In this document: positions 29,594-40,031 of the stretch, piece after piece
Layout: each line of letters starts with the position of its first letter
Numbering within the stretch: position 1 is the stretch's first letter
Source of the DNA: an uncultured candidate division Zixibacteria bacterium
GTDB taxonomy: Bacteria; Zixibacteria; MSB-5A5; GN15; FEB-12
NCBI GenBank assembly: GCA_963806185.1
Contig: CAWDXE010000001.1
Coordinates: 768,001 to 832,000 of the forward strand
Length of the DNA stretch: 64,000 bases
Reading direction: 5' to 3'
Translations under genes and position numbers: made by a program
The notes under the pieces: model-generated
The model's input: the letters and a program-made list of their open reading frames with translations, nothing else
Database searches by the model: none
What the model was told of the DNA's origin: nothing

Positions 29594-29971
29594 ATGAAAT
29601 CAGTCTGGGTTAAACGATTGCTCCCCTTTGTCTTAATCGTGGCGATCTGGTTCGGCTACGACTGGTATTCGACACGCCGCGAGGCCTTGATGCTGGCCGA
29701 AGAACATCGCTACGCTCTGGCTACCGCCCGCGTCTGGGTCGCGACCGCCAGATTTCGCCTCGACGAAAAAGGGTACCTGCAATATCGAGATTCGCTCTTG
29801 GCGGCTGAGGGATTGTCGGCTGAGTAATTTGAAGGCGTTTCAGAAGCAGTATGAACAGACGCCGGACGCGGCGCTCCGCTACGCCGCAACCATCAACAAG
29901 ATGGTTGATTCGCTCGTGGTAAAGAGGATTCAGTGCTCGGCATCAAGCGGGACACCACCGCTGAAGAATGA
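29594..29971 (+). CDS. Small membrane-anchored helical hypothetical protein, apparently broken by indels near 29826 and 29920
   Basis: TM segment LLPFVLIVAIWFGY. Coding-like frames continue across the TAA at 29825. The end point is inferred. Confidence 0.5.
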
Positions 29972-29973
29972 AG

Positions 29974-30345
29974 TTACTCCGTCTGAAAGGCGTTCGGGTA
30001 CTGTTCCAGCTTGCCGTTGCTGAACGTCACCACGTCAAAGCGCAAATCGCAATTGATGATCCCCGCCGAATCGAGATAGGCGTACGCCGCCTCGATCAAG
30101 TGCATCTGCTTTGACTTGTTGACTTTCAGCGACGGATGACCAAACGCATCACTGCCGGCGTACTTCACCTCGACAAAGATCACCTGGTTATCTTTGCGGA
30201 CTACCAGGTCGATCTCCTTCTTGCCGGCACGCCAGTTCTGCGCGATGACTTTGAATCCCTGGTTCTGATAAAAGCGGGCCGCCTGCTGTTCAAACTCTCG
30301 GCCAAGCGCCTGCTTGTTCGGTTTGGTTTCAGTCTTGGAGGACAT
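29974..30345 (-). CDS. yraN: YraN family endonuclease-like protein
   Basis: GxxxExxA, NWR, EIDLV, FVEVK, RFDVV and NAF. Lies downstream of rnhB. Confidence 0.92.
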   Translation of the reverse strand: MSSKTETKPNKQALGREFEQQAARFYQNQGFKVIAQNWRAGKKEIDLVVRKDNQVIFVEVKYAGSDAFGHPSLKVNKSKQMHLIEAAYAYLDSAGIINCDLRFDVVTFSNGKLEQYPNAFQTE

Positions 30346-30960
30346 ACGGTTTCACCAGATCGGCAACAGGTTTGAATGATTTGCGATGAATCTCGCACGG
30401 ACCGTGTTCGGCCAGTTCGCGAAGGTGCGCCGGCGTCGGATACCCCTTATGGGTGGCAAACGCGTAATGCGGGTACAGTTTCTCGTACTTGCTCATGATC
30501 AGGTCGCGCGTCACCTTGGCGACAATTGACGCGGCCGCGATCGCCTTACACCGGCTGTCACCCTGTACGATCGCCATCTGCGGTATCGGCAGCTGCGGAA
30601 TCGGGAAGTTGCCGTCGACCAGCACGAAGTGCGGGGACTTCGCTCAGACCCTTCACCGCCTTCTTCATCGCCAACAGCGAGGCCTGCAGGATGTTGATCG
30701 AGTCGATCGCTTCGTTGTCGATGATGCCGACCGAACAGACCAGGCCCAGCTCGACGATCTGCTCGAACACACTCTCGCGACGCAGTTTGGTCAGTTTCTT
30801 GGAATCGTCGACACCGTCGATCGTAATCCCCGGCGGCAGTATGACCGCCGCAGCCACCACCGGCCCGGCCAGCGGACCGCGACCGACCTCATCGACTCCG
30901 CACAACGCATGACATCCCTTTTCCGTAGACGTGCCGTCTCGATCTCAGGGAAAGTCGATC
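30329..30960 (-). CDS. rnhB: Ribonuclease HII, frameshifted near 30635 and near the 5' end (start approximate)
   Basis: [19 protein letters not shown] and INILQAS in one frame; [23 protein letters not shown] and HRKSF in the next. Confidence 0.92.
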
Positions 30961-31094
30961 AGGCTAAGCTGTGCGTGTCGCGGTGTTTCACTTGTTCTCC
31001 AGCCGGAGTAATACCGGCAAATTAGCGTGCTTTACAAGCAATTAGTTGCTACTACTATATCGGCAGTCAACCGTGCAAAATTAAGAGCGGGTAT

Positions 31095-31766
31095 ATGCAG
31101 AAGAAGAATCGTCCGACAGCCGACAATCCCACCGAAAGACACCACCCACACCCGCGCGGGGCTCGTACACCAAGATGAAGCGCGCTCCCAAGCCCCGCTT
31201 CTTCGAGTTCTCCGTTATCGCCGGTGAACTAAAGGGCAAGTCGTTCACACCCCCGATCTCGGCATCACCCGCCCGCCGCTGACCCGCCTGCGCAAATCGA
31301 TCTTTGATTTTCTGACGCCGTATTTGCCCGATGCCCGCTATCTCGATCTGTACAGCGGAACCGGCTCGTATATGTTTGAGGCGGTCTCGCGCGGCGCCGG
31401 TAAAGTGGTCGGCATCGAACGCGACCCTCAGTTGACGAAGGCCATCAACGATCAGGCGAGGAAATTCAATGTCGATGATCGCCTGAACTGCTTTCTCAAT
31501 GACGTCTTTGTTCTGCTCCCGCAACTTGCGCGCCACGGCGAAGTGTTCGATATCATCATGATGGCGCCGCCGCAGTATTTGGGGCTGGTCAATCAGACCT
31601 TGCGACTGCTGAAGACCCTGCCGTCGCTTTGTGCGCGATGCTTTGATTCTCTGCCAGACGGATACGTCTGAATTGCGCTCATCTCAAGATCGACGGCTTC
31701 ACGTTGCAGCAGGAACGAAAGTACGGGAACACGACTTACACGGTGCTGAAGTTGGCGTCTGAGTGA
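31095..31766 (+). CDS. rsmD: RsmD family 16S rRNA m2G966 methyltransferase, several indels
   Basis: Across frames: VIAGELKG, TRP...RKSIF, LDLYSGTGS, EAVSRGA, FDIIMMAPPQ and RKYGNT. Confidence 0.8.
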
Positions 31767-31774
31767 TTCACTCC

Positions 31775-32345
31775 CCGCTCGTCATCCTGAATCATTCTTA
31801 TGATTCAGGACCTCAGTGTCCACCGCTCTCTCGATCACGCCATCGCGAGGCGCGCTTCGCGCCGCGGCGATCTTTCAGTTCGTGGTTGGCGTACGTCTCG
31901 TGCGCCGACTGATCCTACGGGCCCTCACCCCAGCCCTCTCCCGTGCTATACACTCCCTGGGAGAGGGTGACAGAGTGTCATGCCCGCCTTGAGCGCCACC
32001 ACCTCGTCATCCTGAATCATCCTCTCCCCCCTCGTCATCCTGAACCTTTTCTTAAAGGTTCAGGACCTCAGTGTCCACCGCTCTCTCGATCACGCCATTA
32101 CAAGGCTCGCTTCTTAGCGGGCCGTGGCAATCTCGAACCTCCCGTATTTCAATGATTGATCATCTACGCACAACAATTGCCGTGCCGGAATCACCGGGCT
32201 GAGCGGAAACGAAGCCTGAATATTCCCTCTGACGTTCGCCCTGCTCTTCTCTTCCCCCTCTCCCTTCAGGGAGAAGGTTGGGGTGAGGGCCCGTAGGGCA
32301 GCTGTTTCGTCGCACTTCGACTTCGCTCTGGATAAACGTCGTCGA
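31775..32345. repeat. Mosaic cluster of REP-like palindromes (cluster 1)
   Basis: GTCATCCTGAA..TTCAGGACCTC twice, each followed by a ..CG(T/C)GGC(A/G)ATCT hairpin. Also GGCGTACGTCTCGTGCGCC, CCCTCACCCC..CTCTCCC..GGGAGAGGG in both orientations, and TTCGACTTCGCTC. Confidence 0.85.
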
Positions 32346-32435
32346 ACCCCGGTCGTCCCCGTTACCAATAAGAATGGCGCCCTCAGAATTCACTCTGAAC
32401 GGCGCCGTGATCATTTTCCTATGTTCGCCGGCTTC

Positions 32436-32828
32436 TCAGTCTTCCCCCACCGCCTCTGCGTAATCCAGGTATTCACCCGCCTGCTTATTCCGGTTCTCCA
32501 GCATCTCCAGATACAAGCGCCGCAACGGTGCAAAGTGGCACGTTTGACCGCAGGCCGTCTCGTCACTCAGGATGAAGCAATGTCCCGGACAGCGGGGCGA
32601 GTTGTGAAGCGTCTGATCGGGTACGGCTTCTGAGACCAACTGCAGCAGCTCTTCGGCAGGTATTTTGAAAGCCGAGAGGCATGACGGATCTGTATGAAAG
32701 AAATAGAAATGCAGACGCTGACTATTTTCGTCAAATTGCAGCCCCAGCGGCTCGAGACTGGTATCGGTCAGCAGTTCACGAACCGTGAACCAGACCTGGC
32801 AAGCGGTGCATTGGGAAAATGGGCGCAT
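32436..32828 (-). CDS. Cys-rich hypothetical protein, probably metal-binding
   Basis: CTAC, H-x4-C, CPGHC and C-x3-C. GAGGA RBS. Confidence 0.7.
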   Translation of the reverse strand: MRPFSQCTACQVWFTVRELLTDTSLEPLGLQFDENSQRLHFYFFHTDPSCLSAFKIPAEELLQLVSEAVPDQTLHNSPRCPGHCFILSDETACGQTCHFAPLRRLYLEMLENRNKQAGEYLDYAEAVGED

Positions 32829-32970
32829 CTGGTATCCTCAGCTTCGTCGTCAAATGATCATGCTCTTTCTATCGGCGATCATCATGACGATTCCAAGAAT
32901 TATCTCGCGTCGTCCTTCAGTCTGTTCAGCCCTTTATCAGACGGATGAAACGGTATTGACGCCGACCAAT

Positions 32971-32998
32971 AAAAAACCCGCCGATGTTTCGGCGGGTT
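32971..32998 (-). terminator. Intrinsic terminator of the ffh-rplS operon
   Basis: AACCCGCCGA/TCGGCGGGTT stem with an A-run on the left. Confidence 0.85.
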
Positions 32999-33022
32999 GA
33001 TGGCAAAATGCCAAAAAAATGA

Positions 33023-33411
33023 CTATTCCTTTTCCTTCTTCGCGGCTTCCGCCCCCGATCCGTCGACCAGCAGCTGCTCGCGAATACGAGCCGATTTGCC
33101 CGGTCAGTGAACGCAGGTAGTAGAGCTTGCCGCGACGGACCTGGCCGGCGCGAATCCGTTCGATCTTCGCGATATTCGGCGACCAGAGCGGGAAGACGCG
33201 TTCCACGCCGATCCCGGACGAAATCTTGCGTACCGTAAACGTCGCGCCGTTACCGCCGCCCCGTTTGCCGATCACCGTACCCTGGAACACCTGGATGCGT
33301 TCTTTGTCACCCTCTTTGATTCGGACGTGCACGCTGAATGGTATCCCCCGGGTTAAATTCCGGGTAATCGTCGCGCACGACCAATTTATCGATCTGGGCT
33401 ATCTGTTTCAC
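33023..33411 (-). CDS. rplS: 50S ribosomal protein L19, indels near 33338 and 33097
   Basis: PEFNPGDT, then [46 protein letters not shown], then KSARIRE in the shifted frame. Confidence 0.95.
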
Positions 33412-33414
33412 GAC

Positions 33415-34194
33415 TTACTTTCCTTTCTCTGATATTGTCAAATTCTCTTTTTTCACTTCGTCTATCACTCGCAACTCTCGTCCGACAGATCGGCTCTCTC
33501 CAGCAAGATCCGGCCGGTGGCTCAGGCACTTCCGGATCGCCTCCTTGGTCCGCCATTTGTCGATCTCGGCATGGTTGCCGGACATCAGCGCTTCCGGTAC
33601 CGGATATCCCCGGTATTCGGGCGGCCTCGTGTAGCACGGTGAGCCGAGCATCTGATTCATGTACGAATCTTCCAGCGCCGATTCGAAATTCCCGAGCACT
33701 TTCGGGATCAGTCGCGCCACCGCGTCGACCATCACCGCCGCCGCCGGCTCACCGCCGGTCAGGATGTAGTCACCGATGGAAACTTCGTCGAGTTCGTACA
33801 GGTCGACGAGCCGTTCATCGATGCCCAGATAGTGACCGCAGATGATGGTCACGCGGTCGCACAGCGAAAGCTCGATCGCCAGCGCCTGCGTAAACGGCTT
33901 CCCCGCCGCCGAGGTCAGGATCAATCGCTCTTTCGTTCGATCGAATCCGCCGTCGGCCTTTCGCCGCCAGCCGAGGTTCTCGAGGCAGAGGTCGAGCGGC
34001 TCGAGTTTCATGACCATTCCGCCGCCGCCGCCGAAGGGATTGTCATCGACCGTGTGATGCTTGTCGGTCGCGAAATCCCGAGGGTTGCGAATGCTGATGT
34101 CAAAGAGCCCCTTTTCCTGCGCTTTGCCCACCAGCGACTGTTTCATCGACAGGCTGAAGTAGTCCGGGAAAAGCGTGATTATCTCAAAGCGCAT
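33415..34194 (-). CDS. trmD: tRNA (guanine37-N1) methyltransferase
   Basis: ITLFP, VDDNPFGGGGGMV, CGHYLGIDER, SIGDYILTGGE, YTRP and SGNH. Confidence 0.96.
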   Translation of the reverse strand: MRFEIITLFPDYFSLSMKQSLVGKAQEKGLFDISIRNPRDFATDKHHTVDDNPFGGGGGMVMKLEPLDLCLENLGWRRKADGGFDRTKERLILTSAAGKPFTQALAIELSLCDRVTIICGHYLGIDERLVDLYELDEVSIGDYILTGGEPAAAVMVDAVARLIPKVLGNFESALEDSYMNQMLGSPCYTRPPEYRGYPVPEALMSGNHAEIDKWRTKEAIRKCLSHRPDLAGESRSVGRELRVIDEVKKENLTISEKGK

Positions 34195-34207
34195 GGCCAC
34201 CACGACC

Positions 34208-34754
34208 TCATCCCAGATCGCCGATCGCGCGCCAGACTACCCTGATCCGCTTGGCCGCCATGTCAATTTGCTTCACAAAATCCTTCACCGCCGGAAAGAG
34301 CACCTCGCCGCCCGATGTACGTGCGTGATCGACGTACACATCGTTGGCCGGATACTGGTGCACATCGGTCAACTGTGCCGACGGCGTTCGCCGTTCGCTT
34401 CATCGATCACCTCGCAGCCGACCAGATCGAAGACGTAGTGGCTGTCGTCGGGCGGCGGCGTCACCAGCTCTCCGCGGGACGCGAGTTCACGGTTGGTAAG
34501 CGGGCGGCCTCCTCCGGCGTGTTGATCGCTGCCAGCTTCAACACCGGCCGTCCGCCGATCATGCGGGCGAGCTCGATCTTCGAACGTTGCCAGTCGTCGC
34601 GCGATCGCCCGTCGTGGCGGACGCAACGTAAACCTCTTTCAGCGCCAGAAAGCGCTCACTGTTGTTCGAGACGGGCGTGACCCAGAGTTCGCCGCGCACG
34701 CCGCGTGCCCGGCCGAGTTTGCCGATCGTGACATACATCTGCGTTCGCCGTCAC
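34208..34754 (-). CDS. rimM: Ribosome maturation factor RimM, multiple indels
   Basis: YVTIGKLGRARGVRGELWV, YVFDLVGCEV and EVLFPAV in successive frames. Lies between khpA and trmD. Confidence 0.85.
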
Positions 34755-34986
34755 CTACTCCAGAATCTCGAGTACTGCTCGTTTTCCCTGGCGTGCCGAC
34801 ATGGCCGCCAGCAAGCGTGCGAATTGCTTTCGCGGTCTGCCCGTTCTTCCCGATCACTTTTCCCAGGTCTCCCTGACCGACTCGCAGTTCATACACTGTC
34901 GTGCGAACACCGATCACTTCCTCTACCGAGATTTGATCCGGATGATCCACCAGAGGCCTGACGATGTATTCGATGAACTCTTTCAT
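34755..34986 (-). CDS. khpA: KH domain RNA-binding protein (KhpA/YlqC), 1-nt indel near 34813
   Basis: LVDHPD and DLGKVIGKNGQTAKAIRTL. The corrected end is LAAMSARQGKRAVLEILE-TAG at 34755. Confidence 0.9.
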
Positions 34987-35096
34987 GACTGCTGTCCTTT
35001 CGCGTCATCACAGGCGTCGTATTCCGAATCAGTTCTTTTTCCGGTTCTTAGTCCAGTCCTCGAACCCGCTCGGCGTAGTGTGCATTCGGCCGATCG

Positions 35097-35471
35097 TTAC
35101 TGAGCCGGCGTCTCGCTCGGGGCCATCGTCGCCTTCTTCATCTTGCGCGTCTTCTTCTTCCGTTCCTTGATGTTCGGCTTCAGCGCGATGGCCGAAACAT
35201 CTTCACCCTTCTTCGCCCGCATGTACTTTTCCGTGAAGCCGATCTGCGTCAGCAGGGTGCCGACGGTGTCGCTCGGCACGGCACCCTGGTCCAACCACTT
35301 GGTCACCAGGGCCTCTTCCACCTTCACTGCCGCCGGTTTCTCAATCGGGCTGTAGGTCCCGACGATTTCGAGAAAGCGGCCGTCACGCGAACGACGCGAA
35401 TCAGCGGCCACGATCCGGTAGTACGGGCGCTTCGTCGCCCCCATCCGTTTGAGTCTCAAATGAACTGCCAA
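35097..35471 (-). CDS. rpsP: 30S ribosomal protein S16
   Basis: [25 protein letters not shown] and [11 protein letters not shown] start after AGGAGAGG. Confidence 0.97.
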   Translation of the reverse strand: MAVHLRLKRMGATKRPYYRIVAADSRRSRDGRFLEIVGTYSPIEKPAAVKVEEALVTKWLDQGAVPSDTVGTLLTQIGFTEKYMRAKKGEDVSAIALKPNIKERKKKTRKMKKATMAPSETPAQ

Positions 35472-35487
35472 TGAATCCTCTCCTTAC

Positions 35488-36822
35488 TCACCCGGGAAAG
35501 CGAAATGACCCAAGTCCTTTGGCCATCCCAGGGAGCTTCTTTTTGCCTATTGAACTAAACATTTTTTGCATTGCCGAAAACTGCTTGAGCAGTTGATTGA
35601 CCGCCTGCACTGAGTTGCCCGACCCCAGCGCAATCCGCTTCTTGCGCGAACCGTCGATCATGTGCGGGTGGCGGCGCTCTTCGACTGTCATCGACTTGAT
35701 GATCGCGGTCATCCGCTCCACCTCGCGCTCATCGACTTTCATCCCCTTGAGCTGCTTGCCGACGCCGGGAATCATGCCCAGTAACGCTTCGAGCGGTCCC
35801 ATCTTTTTGATCTGATTCATCTGATCCAGGAAGTCCTCGAAGTCGAACTGCGCCTTGAGCAGCTTCTCCTGCATCTTTTGCGCCTTCTGGACATCGATTG
35901 ACTCCTGCGCCTTCTCGACGAGCGTCACAATATCGCCCATGCCGAGAATGCGCGAGGCCATCCGGTCCGGATGGAACGGCTCCAGATCCGTCAGTTTCTC
36001 ACCGACCGAGGCCAGCTTGATCGGGCAGCCGGTGACCTGACGAATCGAGAGGGCCGCACCACCACGGGCGTCACCGTCGAGCTTGGACAGCGCTACGCCG
36101 GTAATCTTCAGCCGCTGGTGGAATGTCTCGGCCACCTTGACCGCATCCTGTCCGGTCATGGCGTCGGCCACCAGCAGCATCTCGTCCGGTTTGACCAGCG
36201 CCTGGATCTCTTCCAGCTCCTGCATCAGATCGTCGTCGATATGCAGCCGTCCGGCCGTGTCGAGAATGACCAGATCGATGAAGTTCTTCGAGGCGTACTT
36301 GACCGCTTCGTTGCAGATCACCTGCGGCTTCTTGCCCTCGACGTAGAAATGCTCCACACCGATCTGGTCCGCCAACACTTTGAGCTGTTTGACGGCTGCC
36401 GGACGATAGATGTCCGCCGCTACCAGCAGCGGTTTCTTGTTCTTTCTCTTCGCCTGCAGCGCCATCTTGCCGCACAGGGTCGTCTTGCCGGACCCCTGCA
36501 GGCCGCAGACCATGTAGACGGTCGGCATCTTGTCGATCGGCGCTAGCGGTTCACCCTTGGTGCCGAGCAACGTGACCAATTCGTCGTGCACGATCTTGAC
36601 AATCAACTGCCCCGGATCGATCGACTGGAGAACCTCCGTGCCCACCGCCTTTTCTTCGACCGCCTTGCAAAAATCGCGCGCGACTTTATAATTGACGTCC
36701 GCTTCAAGCAGCGCCTGGCGCACCTCGCGCATCGAATCGCGTATGTTGGCATCACTCAACTTCCCGCGACCGCGCAGCTTCTTGAATACCGACTCAAGTT
36801 TGTCAGACAGATTCGAAAACAT
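35488..36822 (-). CDS. ffh: Signal recognition particle protein
   Basis: ALLEADV, GLQGSGKTT, DTAGR, KLDGDARGGAALS, RMASRILGMGD and a Met-rich M domain. Confidence 0.98.
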   Translation of the reverse strand: MFSNLSDKLESVFKKLRGRGKLSDANIRDSMREVRQALLEADVNYKVARDFCKAVEEKAVGTEVLQSIDPGQLIVKIVHDELVTLLGTKGEPLAPIDKMPTVYMVCGLQGSGKTTLCGKMALQAKRKNKKPLLVAADIYRPAAVKQLKVLADQIGVEHFYVEGKKPQVICNEAVKYASKNFIDLVILDTAGRLHIDDDLMQELEEIQALVKPDEMLLVADAMTGQDAVKVAETFHQRLKITGVALSKLDGDARGGAALSIRQVTGCPIKLASVGEKLTDLEPFHPDRMASRILGMGDIVTLVEKAQESIDVQKAQKMQEKLLKAQFDFEDFLDQMNQIKKMGPLEALLGMIPGVGKQLKGMKVDEREVERMTAIIKSMTVEERRHPHMIDGSRKKRIALGSGNSVQAVNQLLKQFSAMQKMFSSIGKKKLPGMAKGLGSFRFPG

Positions 36823-37078
36823 AACTCTCTAATAGGTAAATTGTCACCGGCCAGTCGACCACTAGATCAACCCCAAGACAATACTAACCCTCTTGGCGAC
36901 AGGATTTCCCGGAGCCAAAGCCCAGTAATATATCACTTTACCCCCGTCTGGCAAGGGGTTCGGTCGAATAACCTCGTCAGCCTATCCGTAGATTATTGCT
37001 GTTAACGTATTGATTGGCAATTGGTTGGAGTATTCGTAGATTAATCTCGATTCGACGAGCCCCAAGACCAGACCGAAA

Positions 37079-37960
37079 TCACTGTCTGCCAGTTAAATAC
37101 TGGCCCAGCCATCGCTTCCGCTCAACATCAATTCGCTTGTAGGAACCGTCTTTGAGCGCCACATGACCGCCCCCATCAACAACGACCAGCTCGTACGGCA
37201 CACCCACAACCGCAAATTCCGCTGAAAGATTCACTGATTGCTCGATCGGAATGGTTCGGTCAGCCGACCCATGCAGCAGCAGAATGGGAACGGTTTTGGG
37301 CAACTGCGATGCAAAGTAGAGTGCCGATATCCGATACAATTCGGCCTGCTTCTCCGGGTCGCTTAGATGTGCGTACTTCGTGTCGATGAACCGGCACCAG
37401 TCCCGTTTGGCTTCACAGAGCGAAGCGACGTCTGACAACCCTGCATGCACAATCGCGCATCGAAAACGCTGATCGAGCAGTAATGCCCGGTACGTTGTCA
37501 TCCCGCCGCGACTCGCCCCTTCTATGCCGATTCGCGACATATCGCAATACGAAAGCTCCTCGACCGCAGCCAACAGGTTGAGCGCGTCGTAGAGATCGCG
37601 GCCGCCGAAATCATCTTCCCCTTCGCTCCCCATGTTGCCGCGGTATTGCGTACCGATCACCACATACCCCCACGCCGCCGTCGACGCAAGAATCAAGTAG
37701 GCAGTCAGGTCGGTCAAGGCACCACGATCCCCAAAGCCGCCTCGGTTCCACAGAAGCACAGGGTACTGCCCCTCTGCCCTTGGTCGAGCGATGTACCCAT
37801 TGACCCGCAGGTCCTCCGAGAGATATGTCACCCGTTCGACTGTCGTATCAGGCACAACCGACCGGTCGTACAGCTTCTCGACCATCCCGGTCTGCACCCG
37901 ATTCAGCACCACCGAGCGCGAGGCAACTATCTTTCCACTGGCGTGGTACGCGTCGTTCAC
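37079..37960 (-). CDS. S9 family alpha/beta serine hydrolase
   Basis: NRGG, nucleophile GASRGG, LHGSADRT and GGH. Confidence 0.85.
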   Translation of the reverse strand: MNDAYHASGKIVASRSVVLNRVQTGMVEKLYDRSVVPDTTVERVTYLSEDLRVNGYIARPRAEGQYPVLLWNRGGFGDRGALTDLTAYLILASTAAWGYVVIGTQYRGNMGSEGEDDFGGRDLYDALNLLAAVEELSYCDMSRIGIEGASRGGMTTYRALLLDQRFRCAIVHAGLSDVASLCEAKRDWCRFIDTKYAHLSDPEKQAELYRISALYFASQLPKTVPILLLHGSADRTIPIEQSVNLSAEFAVVGVPYELVVVDGGGHVALKDGSYKRIDVERKRWLGQYLTGRQ

Positions 37961-38376
37961 TTCAATCTGCCCGCCTGGTGAGCGAAGCTGCGCACCGTCA
38001 TTGCCGTATAGGAGTGCATCCCGAATCGCTTATAGAACGCTTCGAGGTTGGGATCACACACCAGATCGATCATGTAGTATCCATCGAGACGAGCCATCAT
38101 CCTGCGAACCAGCTCGGCGCCAATTCCCCGATGTTGATAAGCAGGCAGTACCTCGAGTAGCGGCAGATAGGCAACCAGCACGCCGTCGGAAATGGCATTT
38201 ACGAATCCGACCACGCAGCCGCTCGTCTCATCGATGGCCAACTCCACATGACTGCTTCCTTGAAGAATTTGTAGATGCGTCTCTGTTGTCGGCGGGTTCG
38301 GCCAACCGACAAAGAAGCCGCCTAGCTTGCCGGGCGTGATCCCCTCGATCGAATTGGCATAATGAATCCCGGACAT
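37957..38376 (-). CDS. GNAT family N-acetyltransferase
   Basis: LEVLPAYQHRGIG and FYKRFG. Confidence 0.88.
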   Translation of the reverse strand: MSGIHYANSIEGITPGKLGGFFVGWPNPPTTETHLQILQGSSHVELAIDETSGCVVGFVNAISDGVLVAYLPLLEVLPAYQHRGIGAELVRRMMARLDGYYMIDLVCDPNLEAFYKRFGMHSYTAMTVRSFAHQAGRLK

Positions 38377-38402
38377 AGACTGCTTTTACCTTTGCATCAA
38401 TG

Positions 38403-38428
38403 AAAACGGCCCGGCGTGGGCCGAGCCG
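38403..38428 (-). terminator. Intrinsic terminator after the PASTA gene
   Basis: Minus strand CGGCTCGGC-CCAC-GCCGGGCCG-TTTT. Confidence 0.65.
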
Positions 38429-38435
38429 ATCTCGT

Positions 38436-39236
38436 TTACGATTTGCTCACCACCAGATTCACCGGAGTTCCGACATCCAGTTCGGTTCCTTCCGGTTCTG
38501 ATTGCTCCAGTACCGTCTCCGGCAGGTAATCCTCGTTCTTGCGATACTTGATTTCACCAACAGTCAGCGATTTCTCCATGAGCCGCTTCTTCGCCTGGTC
38601 CAGAGTGATGCCGATCAGTTCCGGTACGTAGGTGAAACTCGACGCTCGCCCCCGGTTTACCATCAGGTTGACATGGCCCCCCATCGAAATCTCCGTTCCG
38701 GCAGACGGATACGAAAAAACGACCACCCGTTCGGGGATCGTATCGGAAAACGCCCAGGCGATCTCCCCCACTTTCAGTCCGACTGTCTCCAGATCGAGCA
38801 TGGCTTGACGGACCGACTTGCCCGCCACATTCGGCACCGCAATGAACTTCTCGCCCAGGGAGATGATCACCTTTACTGCTCGACCCGATTTTACCTTTGT
38901 ACCCGCCTTCGGGTATTGATCCAGAATCTTCCCAGCCTCTTTGCCTGGGGCGTACTCCTCCGAGGCTATCTCATGCGTGAGGCCAAGATCTTGTAGCAGC
39001 AGGTCGGCATCGACCAGATTCCTGTCCTTGAGGTCGGGCAACGCAAATTCCGTTCCCTGTCGCGTCACCACTGGCATGATGATCTTGTCAAAAATCCCAG
39101 CGAGAATCATGAGGATAATCAGCGGGATGCCGAAGCCAAAGACCAGCTTCCGTTTAAGCGAGCCGGGCGGTAACGGCTTGGCCAGAAACCGATCCCAGCG
39201 CGACGAGGATAACCTTGAGGCGCGCGGTGCGTTCAT
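38436..39236 (-). CDS. Membrane-anchored triple PASTA domain protein (no kinase domain)
   Basis: One TM helix, then three (L/V)Pxxx...PxxGT...VxxxxSxG-type repeats. Confidence 0.9.
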   Translation of the reverse strand: MNAPRASRLSSSRWDRFLAKPLPPGSLKRKLVFGFGIPLIILMILAGIFDKIIMPVVTRQGTEFALPDLKDRNLVDADLLLQDLGLTHEIASEEYAPGKEAGKILDQYPKAGTKVKSGRAVKVIISLGEKFIAVPNVAGKSVRQAMLDLETVGLKVGEIAWAFSDTIPERVVVFSYPSAGTEISMGGHVNLMVNRGRASSFTYVPELIGITLDQAKKRLMEKSLTVGEIKYRKNEDYLPETVLEQSEPEGTELDVGTPVNLVVSKS

Positions 39237-39282
39237 GGCCTGTTCCAGTGTGACAAGTTACCCATCTCCTCTAACCAAGGAT

Positions 39283-39312
39283 GTGCGGTCAGGCTCCCGC
39301 GCCTGACCGCAC
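39283..39312. repeat. Perfect 12-bp-stem palindrome related to the GTAGGTCAGG REP family
   Basis: GTGCGGTCAGGC-TCCCGC-GCCTGACCGCAC. Confidence 0.65.
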
Positions 39313-39477
39313 TCTGACTGCTCATACGGTCACAAGTTTGTAGCTTTTGCTCCCCGACGCAACAACAAATGGGCTCGTTTCAGTGCCCCTGGTCAGGGTA
39401 TGATAAAGTGATATTGCCCGGAATTCCGTGCGCGAAAATCGGTAGACTCCCTTTTCCGTGCCTACTACCTTTAGACC

Positions 39478-40020
39478 ATGATATTGACCTACGATGAAAT
39501 GGCCGGCGCTATGCGCCGCAAAGATCACGAGTACAATGGTCGGTTTTACGTCGGCGTACTTTCGACCGGGATCTACTGCCTTCCCACCTGCCGGGCTCGT
39601 TCACCTCTGCTCAAGAACGTTCGCTTTTTCTTCACGCGCGAGGAAGCCATAGCGGCCGGATTGCGGGGCTGCAAACGGTGTCACGCTGAACGGTATCCAG
39701 ACACACTCCCCGAATGGCTGCCGATACTTCTGCGCCACCTGGCCGATCATCGTAACGAACGTCTGACCGAAAACGATCTGGTCGCCATCTCTGGCGTCAC
39801 AATATCCACTGTCCGCCGCTACTTCCACACTCATTTGCGTACCACGCCGCTTGCCTTTCATCGGCGGCTTCGCCTCGAATATGCCGGAGAACTACTGACC
39901 TCCGGCTGCGGCTATCTGGCTGCCGCCTATGAGTGCGGCTACGAATCACCGTCGGCGTTTCGCGACGCGTTCATGCGCCATTTCGGCAAGACACCAAGTG
40001 CGTATGTCGAACAGCGGTAA
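39478..40020 (+). CDS. Ada Zn-binding / AraC-HTH methylphosphotriester methyltransferase regulator (AdaA-like)
   Basis: STGIYCLPTC, GLRGCKRC and GYESPSAFRDAF...GKTPS. Confidence 0.9.
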   Translation: MILTYDEMAGAMRRKDHEYNGRFYVGVLSTGIYCLPTCRARSPLLKNVRFFFTREEAIAAGLRGCKRCHAERYPDTLPEWLPILLRHLADHRNERLTENDLVAISGVTISTVRRYFHTHLRTTPLAFHRRLRLEYAGELLTSGCGYLAAAYECGYESPSAFRDAFMRHFGKTPSAYVEQR

Positions 40021-40031
40021 GGAAGGAACTG

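Noticed and set aside
31943..32414. Short ORFs within REP clusters (also 58483-59148 and 60798-61261)
   Set aside because: They are translations of palindromic repeats (for example ALTPALSQ and LRLRS) with no RBS or family motifs.
35097..35230. Lys-rich C-terminal extension of S16
   Set aside because: Such extensions are common in many phyla and not notable.
36830..37075. SRP RNA or another ncRNA next to ffh; also CCGGAAGG at about 44520
   Set aside because: The conserved SRP domain IV context (CAGG..GGAA..AGCAG) is absent at both places.
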